Positions 9,261 through 18,074 of a DNA stretch of 64,000 bases are shown here, piece after piece (the stretch's first letter is position 1; every line of letters starts with the position of its first letter). Source of the DNA: Acutalibacteraceae bacterium (lineage in GTDB: Bacteria > Bacillota > Clostridia > Oscillospirales > Acutalibacteraceae); assembly GCA_045643805.1 (NCBI GenBank), contig JAZRFT010000017.1, positions 88,123-152,122 of the forward strand, in the 5' to 3' direction. The position numbers and the translations under genes are program-made. The notes under the pieces are model-generated. The model was not told the origin of the DNA, ran no database searches, and was given only the letters and a program-made list of their open reading frames with translations.

Positions 9261-10109
9261 TTAATCAGAATAGAGAACGACGGTTATTATTTCGGGACGG
9301 TTTAAAAGTCTTAAAGGTATAATACTGTTACCAAGTCCTCGGCTTACTATCATTGAGGTGCCGTCCTTTTCATAAAGCCCTGAATCATATTCGGGGAAAA
9401 GTCCCTGACCGGGAGCAATAAAACCACCGACAAAGGGCATACGGAACTGACCGCCGTGGGCGTGACCCGACAAGACAAGGTCAAAGCCATATTCTGCATA
9501 GAGGTCAAAAAATTCAGGACGATGTGAAAGCAGAAGGGTAAAGCTGTTATTTTTCTGTAGCTCTTCAAGGTGATGAGCTACAACAAAAGCCTCATCACCG
9601 AACAGATAATCTGCCACAAAGGTAGGATCAGCAATACCGCAAAGGGAGATGATGTCCGTTCCTTCGGTGAGGGTCAGGCTTTCATTTTCAAGAACGGTAA
9701 CACCGAGGTTTTTTATTTCGCCAATAAAGCTTTCACTCTGAGCAATACGAAATTCGTGGTTGCCCGTTACATAGTACACGGGTGCAATCGAAAGAGCTTC
9801 TTTAAGAAAATCTGTGGCAATGGCGGTGTTCGTTCTTCTTGAATCTATAACATCACCCGTTACTGCAATTATATCAGGCTCGGATGCTTTTATCATTTCC
9901 AGAAGCTTTGCATTATTCTTACCGAAGGTGGCATTGTGCAGGTCTGAAACCTGAACAATTCGGAAACCGTTGAATGCGGATGGAATGTTTTCGGATTTTA
10001 TCTGAAATGTTCTTTCTGTAAGAGCCTTATCTGCCCATAAGGAATAGGCGGTGAAAACGGTCATAATTGCCAAAGTTATAATTAAAGTTAATTTCGTATT
10101 TCTTTTCAT
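9261..10109 (-). CDS. Calcineurin-like metallophosphoesterase with N-terminal membrane anchor
   Basis: Motifs VSDLHN, TGDVID, GNHE and SGHAHGGQ are present. Confidence 0.85.
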   Translation of the reverse strand: MKRNTKLTLIITLAIMTVFTAYSLWADKALTERTFQIKSENIPSAFNGFRIVQVSDLHNATFGKNNAKLLEMIKASEPDIIAVTGDVIDSRRTNTAIATDFLKEALSIAPVYYVTGNHEFRIAQSESFIGEIKNLGVTVLENESLTLTEGTDIISLCGIADPTFVADYLFGDEAFVVAHHLEELQKNNSFTLLLSHRPEFFDLYAEYGFDLVLSGHAHGGQFRMPFVGGFIAPGQGLFPEYDSGLYEKDGTSMIVSRGLGNSIIPLRLLNRPEIITVVLYSD

Positions 10110-10177
10110 TTATATTTCCTTTTATGTAAGTGTATTTTTTTAAATTTTAACAATAGCTTATTTAAAAGTCAATGCAA

Positions 10178-10239
10178 AAAAAATAAAAGGGTCAAGCTTT
10201 CACTTGACCTCTTTTACTTATGGCGCGCTGTAAGGGATT
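10178..10239. repeat. Direct repeat copy 1 (tRNA-Arg 3' end plus terminator)
   Basis: This 62 nt is identical to 10381..10442. It contains the last 19 nt of tRNA-Arg and the GGTCAAG/CTTGACC terminator. Confidence 0.9.
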
Positions 10240-10380
10240 TTGTCCCGGCGCTCCCGCGCCTATCGCCTCGCTGCGCTCGTTGCCACGTCAGCGAAAACAG
10301 TCCACCGGACTGTTTTCTTCCGAAATCCTTGCGGATTTCTCCTTCCTTGTTCGAATCCCTTTTAAGGTCAGTATTCTATT

Positions 10381-10442
10381 AAAAAATAAAAGGGTCAAGC
10401 TTTCACTTGACCTCTTTTACTTATGGCGCGCTGTAAGGGATT
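10381..10442. repeat. Direct repeat copy 2 (part of the functional tRNA-Arg and its terminator)
   Basis: This 62 nt is identical to 10178..10239. Confidence 0.9.
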
Positions 10443-10500
10443 CGAACCCCTGACCTTCTGGTCCGTAGCCAGACACTCTATCCAGCTGAGCTAACAGCGC
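10424..10500 (-). tRNA. tRNA-Arg (anticodon ACG)
   Basis: The reverse complement GCGCTGTTAGCTCAGCTGGATAGAGTGTCTGGCTACGGACCAGAAGGTCAGGGGTTCGAATCCCTTACAGCGCGCCA folds as a cloverleaf with a 7-bp acceptor stem, GTTCGAAT T-loop and encoded CCA. Confidence 0.93.
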
Positions 10501-10584
10501 ATTGCTTTTTGTTGCCCGAGTATATTATCATAACTGAAGGCATATGTCAAGCCTTTTGAAGAAAAAATATAAAATTTTTATTTG

Positions 10585-10613
10585 TTGCAAAAACGCTGTT
10601 TTCGTGCTATCAT
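10585..10613 (+). promoter_or_regulatory. Promoter of ppa
   Basis: TTGCAA, a 17-nt spacer, then TATCAT preceded by TGc (extended -10). Confidence 0.55.
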
Positions 10614-10642
10614 AATTACAGTTAAAATGAAAGGATGATTTT

Positions 10643-11176
10643 ATGAACATCTGGCATGATATAAATCCTCAGAGAATTACTGAGCAGCTTTTTGACAGCG
10701 TTGTTGAAATCAGCAAGGGCAGTAAAATGAAGTATGAGCTTGACAAGCAGACAGGTATGCTCCGTCTTGACCGTGTGCTTCATACATCAACTCACTATCC
10801 TGCAAACTACGGCTTCATTCCCCGTACCTATGCTCTTGACAATGACCCATTGGATGTTCTTATCCTCTGCTCTGAAAAAATTGAGCCTATGAGTATAGTT
10901 GAGTGTTATCCCATCGGTGTAATTTCAATGCTTGACAACGGTGACCCCGACGATAAGATTATCGCCATCCATACAGGTGACCCCAACTATAACTGCTATA
11001 CAGATATTGCCCAGCTTCCTAAGCATATATTTGAGGAAATGATTCACTTCTTCACCGTTTACAAAATGCTTGAAGGCAAGGAAACTGTTATTGATGAGGC
11101 AAGAGGTCCCGAGGAAGCAAGACGCATTGTTGATGAATCAATTGTAAGATACAACGAAATTTTTGAAAATAAATAA
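10643..11176 (+). CDS. ppa: Soluble inorganic pyrophosphatase (family I)
   Basis: Typical family I motifs are present (YPANYGFIP.T...DNDPLDVL, DDKIIA). Confidence 0.93.
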   Translation: MNIWHDINPQRITEQLFDSVVEISKGSKMKYELDKQTGMLRLDRVLHTSTHYPANYGFIPRTYALDNDPLDVLILCSEKIEPMSIVECYPIGVISMLDNGDPDDKIIAIHTGDPNYNCYTDIAQLPKHIFEEMIHFFTVYKMLEGKETVIDEARGPEEARRIVDESIVRYNEIFENK

Positions 11177-11196
11177 TTCTTTCAGAGATTTATACC

Positions 11197-11236
11197 TCAC
11201 CGTCAGGAGTGAAAAACTTCGGACGGTGATTTTTTT
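11197..11236 (+). terminator. Rho-independent terminator of ppa
   Basis: TCACCGTC-(17 nt)-GACGGTGA followed by TTTTTTT. Confidence 0.7.
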
Positions 11237-11282
11237 GTTGAAAAAAAGTATCCTTTTGCAACATTTTTTTGCTTTTTATCTC

Positions 11283-11311
11283 TTGAAAAAGTTTTTTTGC
11301 AGGTGTATAAT
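11283..11311 (+). promoter_or_regulatory. Promoter upstream of the PHP gene
   Basis: TTGAAA, a 17-nt spacer, then TATAAT, followed by a ~95-nt leader. Confidence 0.6.
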
Positions 11312-11408
11312 GAAGCAGAATAGTAACATAGCACAATTATGCCCTTTTTAGGTCGGATTTCTGACATTTTAATTCTTAAAGGGTAAAATAAGGAAGCGGG
11401 GAGTTATT

Positions 11409-12290
11409 TTGAAAGCGGATTTACATTGTCACACAAAACTTTCTGACGGTACAATGGGTATTGATGACCTTCTTGTCCTGGCAAAAAACAGCGGTGTAAC
11501 AACAATCGCTGTTACTGATCATGACTGTCAGGCAGGTACCGTAAGAGCAGAAATTATCGGAAGACGCTACGGCATTACTGTTATTCCTGCCGTTGAGTTT
11601 TCAGCCACAGACTCAAAAAGAGGCTCAAAGGCTCACATACTCTGCTATCTTCCCGACAGACCCGAAAGACTTGAAGGCCTTTGCAAGAGCAACTCCCTTT
11701 TAAGAAAAAGATCAGGTCAGCTTATGGCGGCAAAGGTTGCAAGGAAGTTCCCCGTAAGCACTGAATTTATTTCAAAGTGCTGTCAGGGCTCAACAAATAT
11801 CTTCAAGCAGCACATTATGCAGGCTCTTATGGAGTGCGGCTACACAACAAGCATTTTCGGCGACCTTTACAAAATGCTCTTTACGAAGGAATCCAGAATG
11901 AATGTGCTTATGGAAGCTACATATCCCGAGCCCGAGGAAATTATTGAAGCCATCCATGAGGCAGGCGGTATTGCCGTGCTTGCACATCCCGGCTTTTATG
12001 ATAATTTTGAGCTTCTTGATGAGCTCGTCTCCAAGGGCGTGCTTGACGGTATTGAGGTATATCACCCCGAAAATACACCCGAGCAGCAGGAAATGCTTCT
12101 TAAAATTGCAAAGAAAAACGGCCTTGTTGCAACCGGCGGCAGTGACTTCCACGGTGCCTTCAACGCATATCCCGTTAAAATCGGTGAATACGGTCCGAGC
12201 GAGGATGAGGTTGCAGCTCTTATGGCTTACAAGGCAAAAAAACGCAGAAAGCAGAAAAAGCTTGAGGCGGCTGCAGCTGTAGCAGAATAA
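11409..12290 (+). CDS. PHP-domain phosphoesterase
   Basis: TTG start after GGAAGCGGGGAG. The N-terminus ADLHCHTKLSDG...AVTDHD is the PHP metal-binding signature. Confidence 0.8.
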   Translation: MKADLHCHTKLSDGTMGIDDLLVLAKNSGVTTIAVTDHDCQAGTVRAEIIGRRYGITVIPAVEFSATDSKRGSKAHILCYLPDRPERLEGLCKSNSLLRKRSGQLMAAKVARKFPVSTEFISKCCQGSTNIFKQHIMQALMECGYTTSIFGDLYKMLFTKESRMNVLMEATYPEPEEIIEAIHEAGGIAVLAHPGFYDNFELLDELVSKGVLDGIEVYHPENTPEQQEMLLKIAKKNGLVATGGSDFHGAFNAYPVKIGEYGPSEDEVAALMAYKAKKRRKQKKLEAAAAVAE

Positions 12291-12327
12291 AGATAAAGCC
12301 CTATCAATCGGGAAAGGAGAATGAATC

Positions 12328-12903
12328 ATGAGTGAAAATGATGTAAAGATTTATGTAAGCAAAAAGGAACTGAGCAAAAACTGTGAAATTGTTGCGGCAG
12401 TAAATGACGTAAGAATTCACCGCGCCAACGGAAATATCGAAAAAGCAAGAAGACTCGGTGAGGAGCTTGCTACAATCACACCTACGGGAGAGGGAGAAGT
12501 CAGTGTTAATCTCCGCAATCACCTTGCACCCAAGTTTTTCGCTCCTGATATTCTCTATCAGATAAAGGTACTGCTTGTTTTTGCAAGTGAAAGTCTTATT
12601 CAGCTTGAAATTCCCGTTTCAATCCTTTCAACGGCGGCGGTTACCGCGATGTATGAAAAGCTTGAAAAGCAAAGCCCCGGCTTTTACAAAAATATCTCAA
12701 ACGGTGCGGCATTCACTTTTTATTACCTTGCCCTTCAGAAGGGCGGCAACCTTGCGGAAAATATGGGTGAAGCCTTTGCTATGCTTTGCGATGTGAAAAA
12801 TAAAGATAGCTTTGTTGACGCAGGTAAAACCGTGTGGAACATAGCCGTTGACCTTATCGAAAAGGAAATTGAAAAGGTAGAATTTGAAAAAGTAGAATTT
12901 TAA
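12328..12903 (+). CDS. Hypothetical protein (191 aa)
   Basis: The RBS is GGAAAGGAGA. I recognise no family. The C-terminus carries a 15-bp tandem duplication (EKVEF x2). Confidence 0.5.
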   Translation: MSENDVKIYVSKKELSKNCEIVAAVNDVRIHRANGNIEKARRLGEELATITPTGEGEVSVNLRNHLAPKFFAPDILYQIKVLLVFASESLIQLEIPVSILSTAAVTAMYEKLEKQSPGFYKNISNGAAFTFYYLALQKGGNLAENMGEAFAMLCDVKNKDSFVDAGKTVWNIAVDLIEKEIEKVEFEKVEF

Positions 12904-12913
12904 ACGATAAATC

Positions 12914-12944
12914 AAAGGCTGTTTCACGAAAACAGCCTTTTTTT
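12914..12944 (+). terminator. Rho-independent terminator
   Basis: AAAGGCTGTTT-cacg-AAACAGCCTTT followed by TTTT. Confidence 0.7.
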
Positions 12945-12999
12945 GCAAAAAAATAACTGAAAAGTACGGCGGTGCGTTGCTTTTCAAAGGAGAAAAAAT

Positions 13000-13350
13000 A
13001 TGAAAATCAAAGATATTGTTGAAATTCTCGGTGCAGAGGTAATTTGCCGTGACGACCTTCTGGATACCACTGTTGAAAGGGCCTTCGGCAGTGATATGAT
13101 GAGCGACGTGCTTGCTTTTGTAAAGGACCAGGCTGTTTTGCTTACGGGTCTTGTCAATCCCCAGGTAATCCGTACAGCGGAAATGATGGATACTCCCTGC
13201 ATTATTTTTGTAAGGGGCAAAAGGCCCGACCTTAAAATGATTGAAATGGCAGAGGACAGAGATATGGTTATTCTCTGCTCAGAGCTTGGTATGTTTACTG
13301 CCTGCGGAAAGCTTTACTCGGCAGGTCTGAAGGGAGGCCTGAGCAGATAA
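13000..13350 (+). CDS. DRTGG-domain protein
   Basis: Small protein with AVLLTGLVNPQVIRTAEMMD..CIIFVRGKRP, typical of the DRTGG domain. It is the first gene of a translationally coupled operon (TAATG overlap with the next gene). Confidence 0.7.
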   Translation: MKIKDIVEILGAEVICRDDLLDTTVERAFGSDMMSDVLAFVKDQAVLLTGLVNPQVIRTAEMMDTPCIIFVRGKRPDLKMIEMAEDRDMVILCSELGMFTACGKLYSAGLKGGLSR

Positions 13351-13772
13351 TGGACAGTATAAAGCTTCATTATGATGTGCCCGGTGACGATTTTACAAGA
13401 GCCGGTGCGGCTTCGGGTGACGTTAAGCGTAATCTGAAAAGTCTTGGAATTTCTCCTTCTGTTATACGAAATGTTTCAATAGCTATGTATGAGGGAGAAA
13501 TCAATATGGTAATTCATGCAGGCGGCGGTGAAATTGATGTTGAAATCACGGAAAGTGAAATCATAATGACTCTTTCCGATAAGGGCCCCGGTATTGAAAA
13601 CATTGAGCTTGCAATGCGTGAGGGCTACTCAACTGCGCCTGATAATATCCGTTCACTCGGCTTCGGTGCAGGTATGGGCCTTCCCAATATCAAAAAATAC
13701 AGCGACGAATTCGGTATTGAAACAAAGGTAGGTGAGGGTACAACCCTTAACCTCAAGGTTTACATTCAGTAA
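13350..13772 (+). CDS. GHKL-type ATP-binding protein (anti-sigma/Ser-kinase-like HATPase_c)
   Basis: G1 box DKGPGI and G2 box GFGAGMGLPN are present. Its size (140 aa) is like RsbW/SpoIIAB. Confidence 0.75.
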   Translation: MDSIKLHYDVPGDDFTRAGAASGDVKRNLKSLGISPSVIRNVSIAMYEGEINMVIHAGGGEIDVEITESEIIMTLSDKGPGIENIELAMREGYSTAPDNIRSLGFGAGMGLPNIKKYSDEFGIETKVGEGTTLNLKVYIQ

Positions 13773-13823
13773 GCAAAAAGAGAAAATATTGAAGAATTGG
13801 TATAATGCCGGAAAGGAGCTTTT

Positions 13824-15161
13824 ATGCCTACGGTATTTCATTCAGTAAGATTGGATGCGGATAAGTGTCAGGGCTGTACAAACTGTATCAAGCGTTGTCC
13901 TACCCAGGCAATCCGAGTAAGAAATAAAAAAGCATATATAATTTCCGACAGATGCATTGACTGCGGAGAGTGTATCAGAGTATGCCCTCATCACGCAAAA
14001 ATTGCTGTTACGGAAAGCTTTAACGAGCTTATAAAATATAAATACAGAATAGCTTTGCCTGCTCCTGCCCTTTACGGACAGTTCAATAATCTTGAAAATG
14101 TTGACTATGTGCTGACGGGCCTTAAAAGGATGGGCTTTGACAGTGTCACCGAGGTTTCAAAGGCGGCAGAGCTTGTAAGCAGTGCAACAAGGGTTATGCT
14201 TGAAAGCGGAGAACTGCAGAAGCCTGTTATTTCTTCTGCTTGCCCTGCGGTTTTAAGGCTTATAAGGACAAGGTTTCCCAACCTTCTTTCTAATCTTCTT
14301 CCCCTTTACACTCCCGTTGACCTTGCGGCAAAAATTGCAAGGGAGGAAGCAAAAAAAGAAACGGGTCTTACCGATGAGGAAATAGGTGTGTTTTTCATTT
14401 CACCCTGCCCTGCAAAGCGTACCGCTACAAGAAGTCCCCTTTGCTATGAAAGCAGCGGCATCAACGGAGCTATTGCAATAAAGGATATCTATCCCGTGCT
14501 TGTGCATACTATGGACAGACTTGATCCGTCAGAGCTTGAACCACTCAATGACTCGGGTATAATCGGTGTAAGCTGGGCACAAAGCGGCGGTGAATCGGCG
14601 GGCCTTTTAAAGGAAAGATATCTTGCCGCTGACGGTATTGAAAATGTTATAAATGTCCTTGAGGAGCTTGAGGACGAAAAGCTCAACGACCTTGACTTTA
14701 TTGAGCTTAACTGCTGTACGGGCGGTTGTGTGGGCGGCGTGTTGACCGTTGAAAATCCTTATGTTGCAAAGGCAAGAATTCAGCGCCTTCGTAAATTTAT
14801 GCCCGTTTCCTGCAATACAATAGGCTGTGAGCCTGACATTGACACGCTTGGCTGGACAAATGAGCTTACTCCCTCTCCTGCAATGAAGCTTGCGGATAAT
14901 GTTGTAAAGGCAATGCGGATGATGACAAAGCTGCGTGAAATTGAAAGCACACTTCCCGGTCTTGATTGCGGTATCTGCGGTGCTCCGTCCTGCCGTGCCC
15001 TTGCAGAGGATATTGTCCGCGGATATGCCGAGGAAACGGACTGTGTTTTGCGTAAATATCAGATAGAAGCAACCGATAAGGGTGAAGATTGGTTACCCCT
15101 TCCCTTCAGAATGAAGGTAATGGGCGAGGAAGCAAGTGAGGTGAAAAAGGATGAAGGTTAA
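13824..15161 (+). CDS. HydS-type sensory [FeFe]-hydrogenase-like protein (2x[4Fe-4S] ferredoxin, H-domain and C-terminal 4-Cys cluster)
   Basis: Two CxxCxxCxxxCP motifs lie at the N-terminus. H-cluster motifs are L1 SSACPAV (canonical TSCCP), L2 SPCPAKR and L3 ELNCCTGGCVGG. The C-terminal motif CGICGAPSCx16C is Cx2Cx4Cx16C. Confidence 0.8.
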   Translation: MPTVFHSVRLDADKCQGCTNCIKRCPTQAIRVRNKKAYIISDRCIDCGECIRVCPHHAKIAVTESFNELIKYKYRIALPAPALYGQFNNLENVDYVLTGLKRMGFDSVTEVSKAAELVSSATRVMLESGELQKPVISSACPAVLRLIRTRFPNLLSNLLPLYTPVDLAAKIAREEAKKETGLTDEEIGVFFISPCPAKRTATRSPLCYESSGINGAIAIKDIYPVLVHTMDRLDPSELEPLNDSGIIGVSWAQSGGESAGLLKERYLAADGIENVINVLEELEDEKLNDLDFIELNCCTGGCVGGVLTVENPYVAKARIQRLRKFMPVSCNTIGCEPDIDTLGWTNELTPSPAMKLADNVVKAMRMMTKLREIESTLPGLDCGICGAPSCRALAEDIVRGYAEETDCVLRKYQIEATDKGEDWLPLPFRMKVMGEEASEVKKDEG

Positions 15162-15477
15162 GGAGCTTACAGAAAAGCTCGGTCTTTCCGTACTTACACA
15201 GGGTGACCTTGAAAAGGAATGTATGGGTTGCTACAGCGGTGACCTTTTATCCTGGGTAATGTCACGTGCAAGGGAAAACGATGTGTGGCTTACGGTTATG
15301 GGTAATGTAAATGCCGTTGCCGTTGCTGTACTTACGGATTGTGCCTGCATTATACTGACGGAAAATTCTGCCCTTGATGAGGATGCAAGGAAGCGAGCAG
15401 AAATGCAGAGGGTTACAATTCTTCGCAGTGATAAAAACGCCTATGAGCTTTCCGTGCTCATTTCAAAGCTGATATGA
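15151..15477 (+). CDS. DRTGG-domain protein (second copy)
   Basis: Small protein overlapping the previous stop by 11 nt. Its size and pattern are DRTGG-like (VWLTVMGNVNAVAVAVLTD.ACIILTEN). Confidence 0.65.
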   Translation: MKVKELTEKLGLSVLTQGDLEKECMGCYSGDLLSWVMSRARENDVWLTVMGNVNAVAVAVLTDCACIILTENSALDEDARKRAEMQRVTILRSDKNAYELSVLISKLI

Positions 15478-16190
15478 GGCTTTATTACGATTTACACATT
15501 CACTCCTGCCTTTCACCCTGCGGTGATGATGAAATGACTCCGTGGAATCTTGTCAATATGGCAAAGCTTCAGGGGCTTGATATTATTGCTCTGACAGATC
15601 ACAACAGCTGTGGTAACTGTCGCAGTGCAATGAAGGTGGGGGAGAGTGTCGGGATAACGGTCGTGCCGGGAATGGAGTTATGTACGGCGGAGGAGATACA
15701 TTGTCTTTGCCTTTTTGATGACATTGATAAGGCAGAGGAATTCAGCCGATACATTAAAACTACAATGCCCGACGTGAAAAACCGCGAGGATATTTTCGGC
15801 AACCAGCTTTTGATGGATGAGGGTGACGGAATCCTCGGCAGGGAGGAAATTTTGCTTACGGCGGCTTCCTCGGTGAGCATTGACAGTCTGCCCGACCTTG
15901 TTAAGGAATACGGTGGAGTGTGTTTGCCTGCTCATATTGACAGAGAGAGCTACAGCATACTTTCCGCTTTGGGTGATTTTCCGCCTGAGCTTGAGGTTAA
16001 TGCCTTTGAGCTTATTCCGATGGCTGATGAAAGCTTTTATTTTGAAAATTACAGATATCTCAAGGATAAGAAGCTTCTGAAAAGCTCCGATGCCCATTAT
16101 CTTGAAAGTATAAGGGAGAAGGAGTTTTATCTCGAGCTAGAGGAAAACAGTGCCCGAGCCCTTATAAATTTTATAAAGAAGGAATTATAA
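15474..16190 (+). CDS. PHP-domain phosphoesterase (second copy)
   Basis: ATGA overlap with the previous gene. YYDLHIHSCLSPCGDD...ALTDHN is the PHP signature. Confidence 0.8.
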   Translation: MRLYYDLHIHSCLSPCGDDEMTPWNLVNMAKLQGLDIIALTDHNSCGNCRSAMKVGESVGITVVPGMELCTAEEIHCLCLFDDIDKAEEFSRYIKTTMPDVKNREDIFGNQLLMDEGDGILGREEILLTAASSVSIDSLPDLVKEYGGVCLPAHIDRESYSILSALGDFPPELEVNAFELIPMADESFYFENYRYLKDKKLLKSSDAHYLESIREKEFYLELEENSARALINFIKKEL

Positions 16191-16664
16191 ATGAACAGAG
16201 TTGATAAAGCAGCAGAGCTTTTTCTTGAAGGCTTTAACTGCTCACAGTCAGTGTTTACAGCTTTTTGTGATCGCTTCGGTATTGATGAGGAAACAGCAAA
16301 AAAGGTTTCTGCAGGTCTTGGCGGCGGTGTAGGCAGAATGCGTGAGGTCTGCGGTGCAGTATGCGGTGCGGCAATGGTGCTTGGCAGTCTTGCTTCTGCT
16401 ACCGACGGTGATGATACTAAGAGCAAGGCTGAAAATTACGAGCTTGTACGCGAGTTTGCAGAACGCTTTAAGGAAAGGCACGGCGGTACGGTTATCTGCC
16501 GAGATCTGCTTAAGCTTAAAATACCGATGGAAAATACAGCTATGCCTGAAAACCGCACAGCTGAATATTATAAAAACCGCCCCTGCCTAAAGATTGTTGA
16601 GGACGCGGCGGATATACTGACACAAATGATTAAGGAATATGAAAAAGGAGAAATTTTAAAATGA
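16191..16664 (+). CDS. C_GCAxxG_C_C family redox-active protein
   Basis: The start abuts the previous stop. Motifs are FNCSQSV and GGGVGRMREVCGAVCGA. Confidence 0.8.
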   Translation: MNRVDKAAELFLEGFNCSQSVFTAFCDRFGIDEETAKKVSAGLGGGVGRMREVCGAVCGAAMVLGSLASATDGDDTKSKAENYELVREFAERFKERHGGTVICRDLLKLKIPMENTAMPENRTAEYYKNRPCLKIVEDAADILTQMIKEYEKGEILK

Positions 16665-18073
16665 ACATTCTTATTGTAAACGGAAGTCCTAAGGGTAAGT
16701 ACAGTATCACTTTGCAGACAGGTAAATATCTCGAGCTGCTTTATCCCGAGCATAAATTTGAGGTTATTCACGCAGGACAGATTATCAAGAAGCTTCAGCG
16801 TGATTTTACTCCTGCAAGGGAAATGCTGGAAAATGCCGATCTTGTGATTTTTTCATATCCTGTTTATACATTTATTGCGCCCTCGCAGCTTCATTATTTT
16901 ATTGACCTGATGAAGAAGAGTGGAATTGACTTCAGCGAAAAATTCGCAACACAGATTTCAACTTCAAAGCATTTTTATGATGTGACTGCTCATAAGTATA
17001 TTGAGGATAACTGCTATGATATGGGCTTCAAGTACCTTAAGGGCCTTTCAGCAGACATGGATGACCTTTCAACCGAAAAGGGACAGAAGGATGCTGAGGA
17101 GTTCTTCAGACTGGTTCTGTGGCAGATTGAAAATGATTTTTACGAGCTTCCCCAAAGAGAAAAGCGTAAGGTTAAAAAGCCCGTAAAGGCAAGTGCTGAT
17201 TGTGATAATATTGCAAAAAGCAGTGGTACAGTTGCAATTGTTACCGATGCAACTGCAGAGGACAAAAACCTTCTTACAATGATAGAGCGTTTCAGAAAGA
17301 AGCTTTCCGTCAACACAAAGGTTATCAATATCAGCGAGTTTCCCATCAAGGGCGGATGCCTCGGCTGCTTCAAGTGTGCAGTTTCGGGCAACTGCTTCTA
17401 TAAGGATGGCTATCAGCAGCTTCTTCGTGACGAGATTCAGACAAGCGACGCAATTGTTTATGCATTTACAATCAAGGATCACTCAATGGGTCCGAGATTC
17501 AAAATGTATGATGACAGACAGTTCTGTAACGGTCACCGAACAGTTACAATGGGTGCGCCTGTCGGCTACCTTGTAAGTGGTGAGTACAGCATAGAGAAGA
17601 ATTTGCAGACTATCCTTGAAGGCAGAGCAGGTGTAGGCGGCAACTATCTTTGCGGCGTTGCAACCGATGAGTTTGACCCCGACAGAGAGATTGACAGACT
17701 TGCAGGTACCCTTGCTTATGCAATCAAGAACAAATACACACAGCCGGCCGATTTCTTAGGAATAGGCGGTATGAAGATTTTCCGTGACCTTATTTTCATC
17801 ATGCAGGGTCTTATGAAGGCTGACCACAAGTTCTATAAGGCAGACGGTCAGTATGACTTCCCCCAGAAGCAGATGCCGAGAGTTATTGCTATGTATCTTG
17901 TAGGCGGTCTTATGGCTATGCCTGTAAAGGGTGGCAAAGCAAAGGCTAAGATGACTCAGATGATGAATGAGGGTATGATTATGCCTTATCAGAAGGCACT
18001 TAAGGAAGCTGAAAAGCGTGGTGCGGAGAAGAAGGTAAAGGCAGAAGAAAAAGAACTAACTGAAGTGAAATAA
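16661..18073 (+). CDS. Flavodoxin-like-fold NAD(P)H-dependent FMN oxidoreductase (two-domain, Cys-rich)
   Basis: ATGA overlap with the previous gene. The N-terminus MNILIVNGSPKGKYS is typical of the FMN-reductase fold. A Cys cluster GGCLGCFKCAVSGNC begins the second flavodoxin-like half. Confidence 0.65.
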   Translation: MNILIVNGSPKGKYSITLQTGKYLELLYPEHKFEVIHAGQIIKKLQRDFTPAREMLENADLVIFSYPVYTFIAPSQLHYFIDLMKKSGIDFSEKFATQISTSKHFYDVTAHKYIEDNCYDMGFKYLKGLSADMDDLSTEKGQKDAEEFFRLVLWQIENDFYELPQREKRKVKKPVKASADCDNIAKSSGTVAIVTDATAEDKNLLTMIERFRKKLSVNTKVINISEFPIKGGCLGCFKCAVSGNCFYKDGYQQLLRDEIQTSDAIVYAFTIKDHSMGPRFKMYDDRQFCNGHRTVTMGAPVGYLVSGEYSIEKNLQTILEGRAGVGGNYLCGVATDEFDPDREIDRLAGTLAYAIKNKYTQPADFLGIGGMKIFRDLIFIMQGLMKADHKFYKADGQYDFPQKQMPRVIAMYLVGGLMAMPVKGGKAKAKMTQMMNEGMIMPYQKALKEAEKRGAEKKVKAEEKELTEVK

Positions 18074-18074
18074 A

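Noticed and set aside
10220-10453. 77-aa plus-strand ORF across the tRNA-Arg region.
   Set aside because: It is built from the duplicated tRNA 3' end, its terminators and the GC-rich spacer, runs antisense to a bona fide tRNA, and has no RBS.
1996-11176. A membrane H+-PPase and a soluble family I PPase within 9 kb as a possible functional island.
   Set aside because: They are separate transcription units with their own promoters and terminators and unrelated genes between them. Co-occurrence of both enzymes is common in anaerobes.
11790-12329. 179-aa minus-strand ORF.
   Set aside because: It is antisense to the PHP-domain gene, whose frame has clear family motifs. There is no RBS and the Cys/Phe/Leu-rich composition is odd.
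12871-12900. 15-bp tandem duplication (GAAAAGGTAGAATTT / GAAAAAGTAGAATTT) at the 3' end of ORF 12328..12903.
   Set aside because: It is an in-frame two-unit duplication that simply encodes EKVEF twice at the C-terminus. Nothing suggests a regulatory role.
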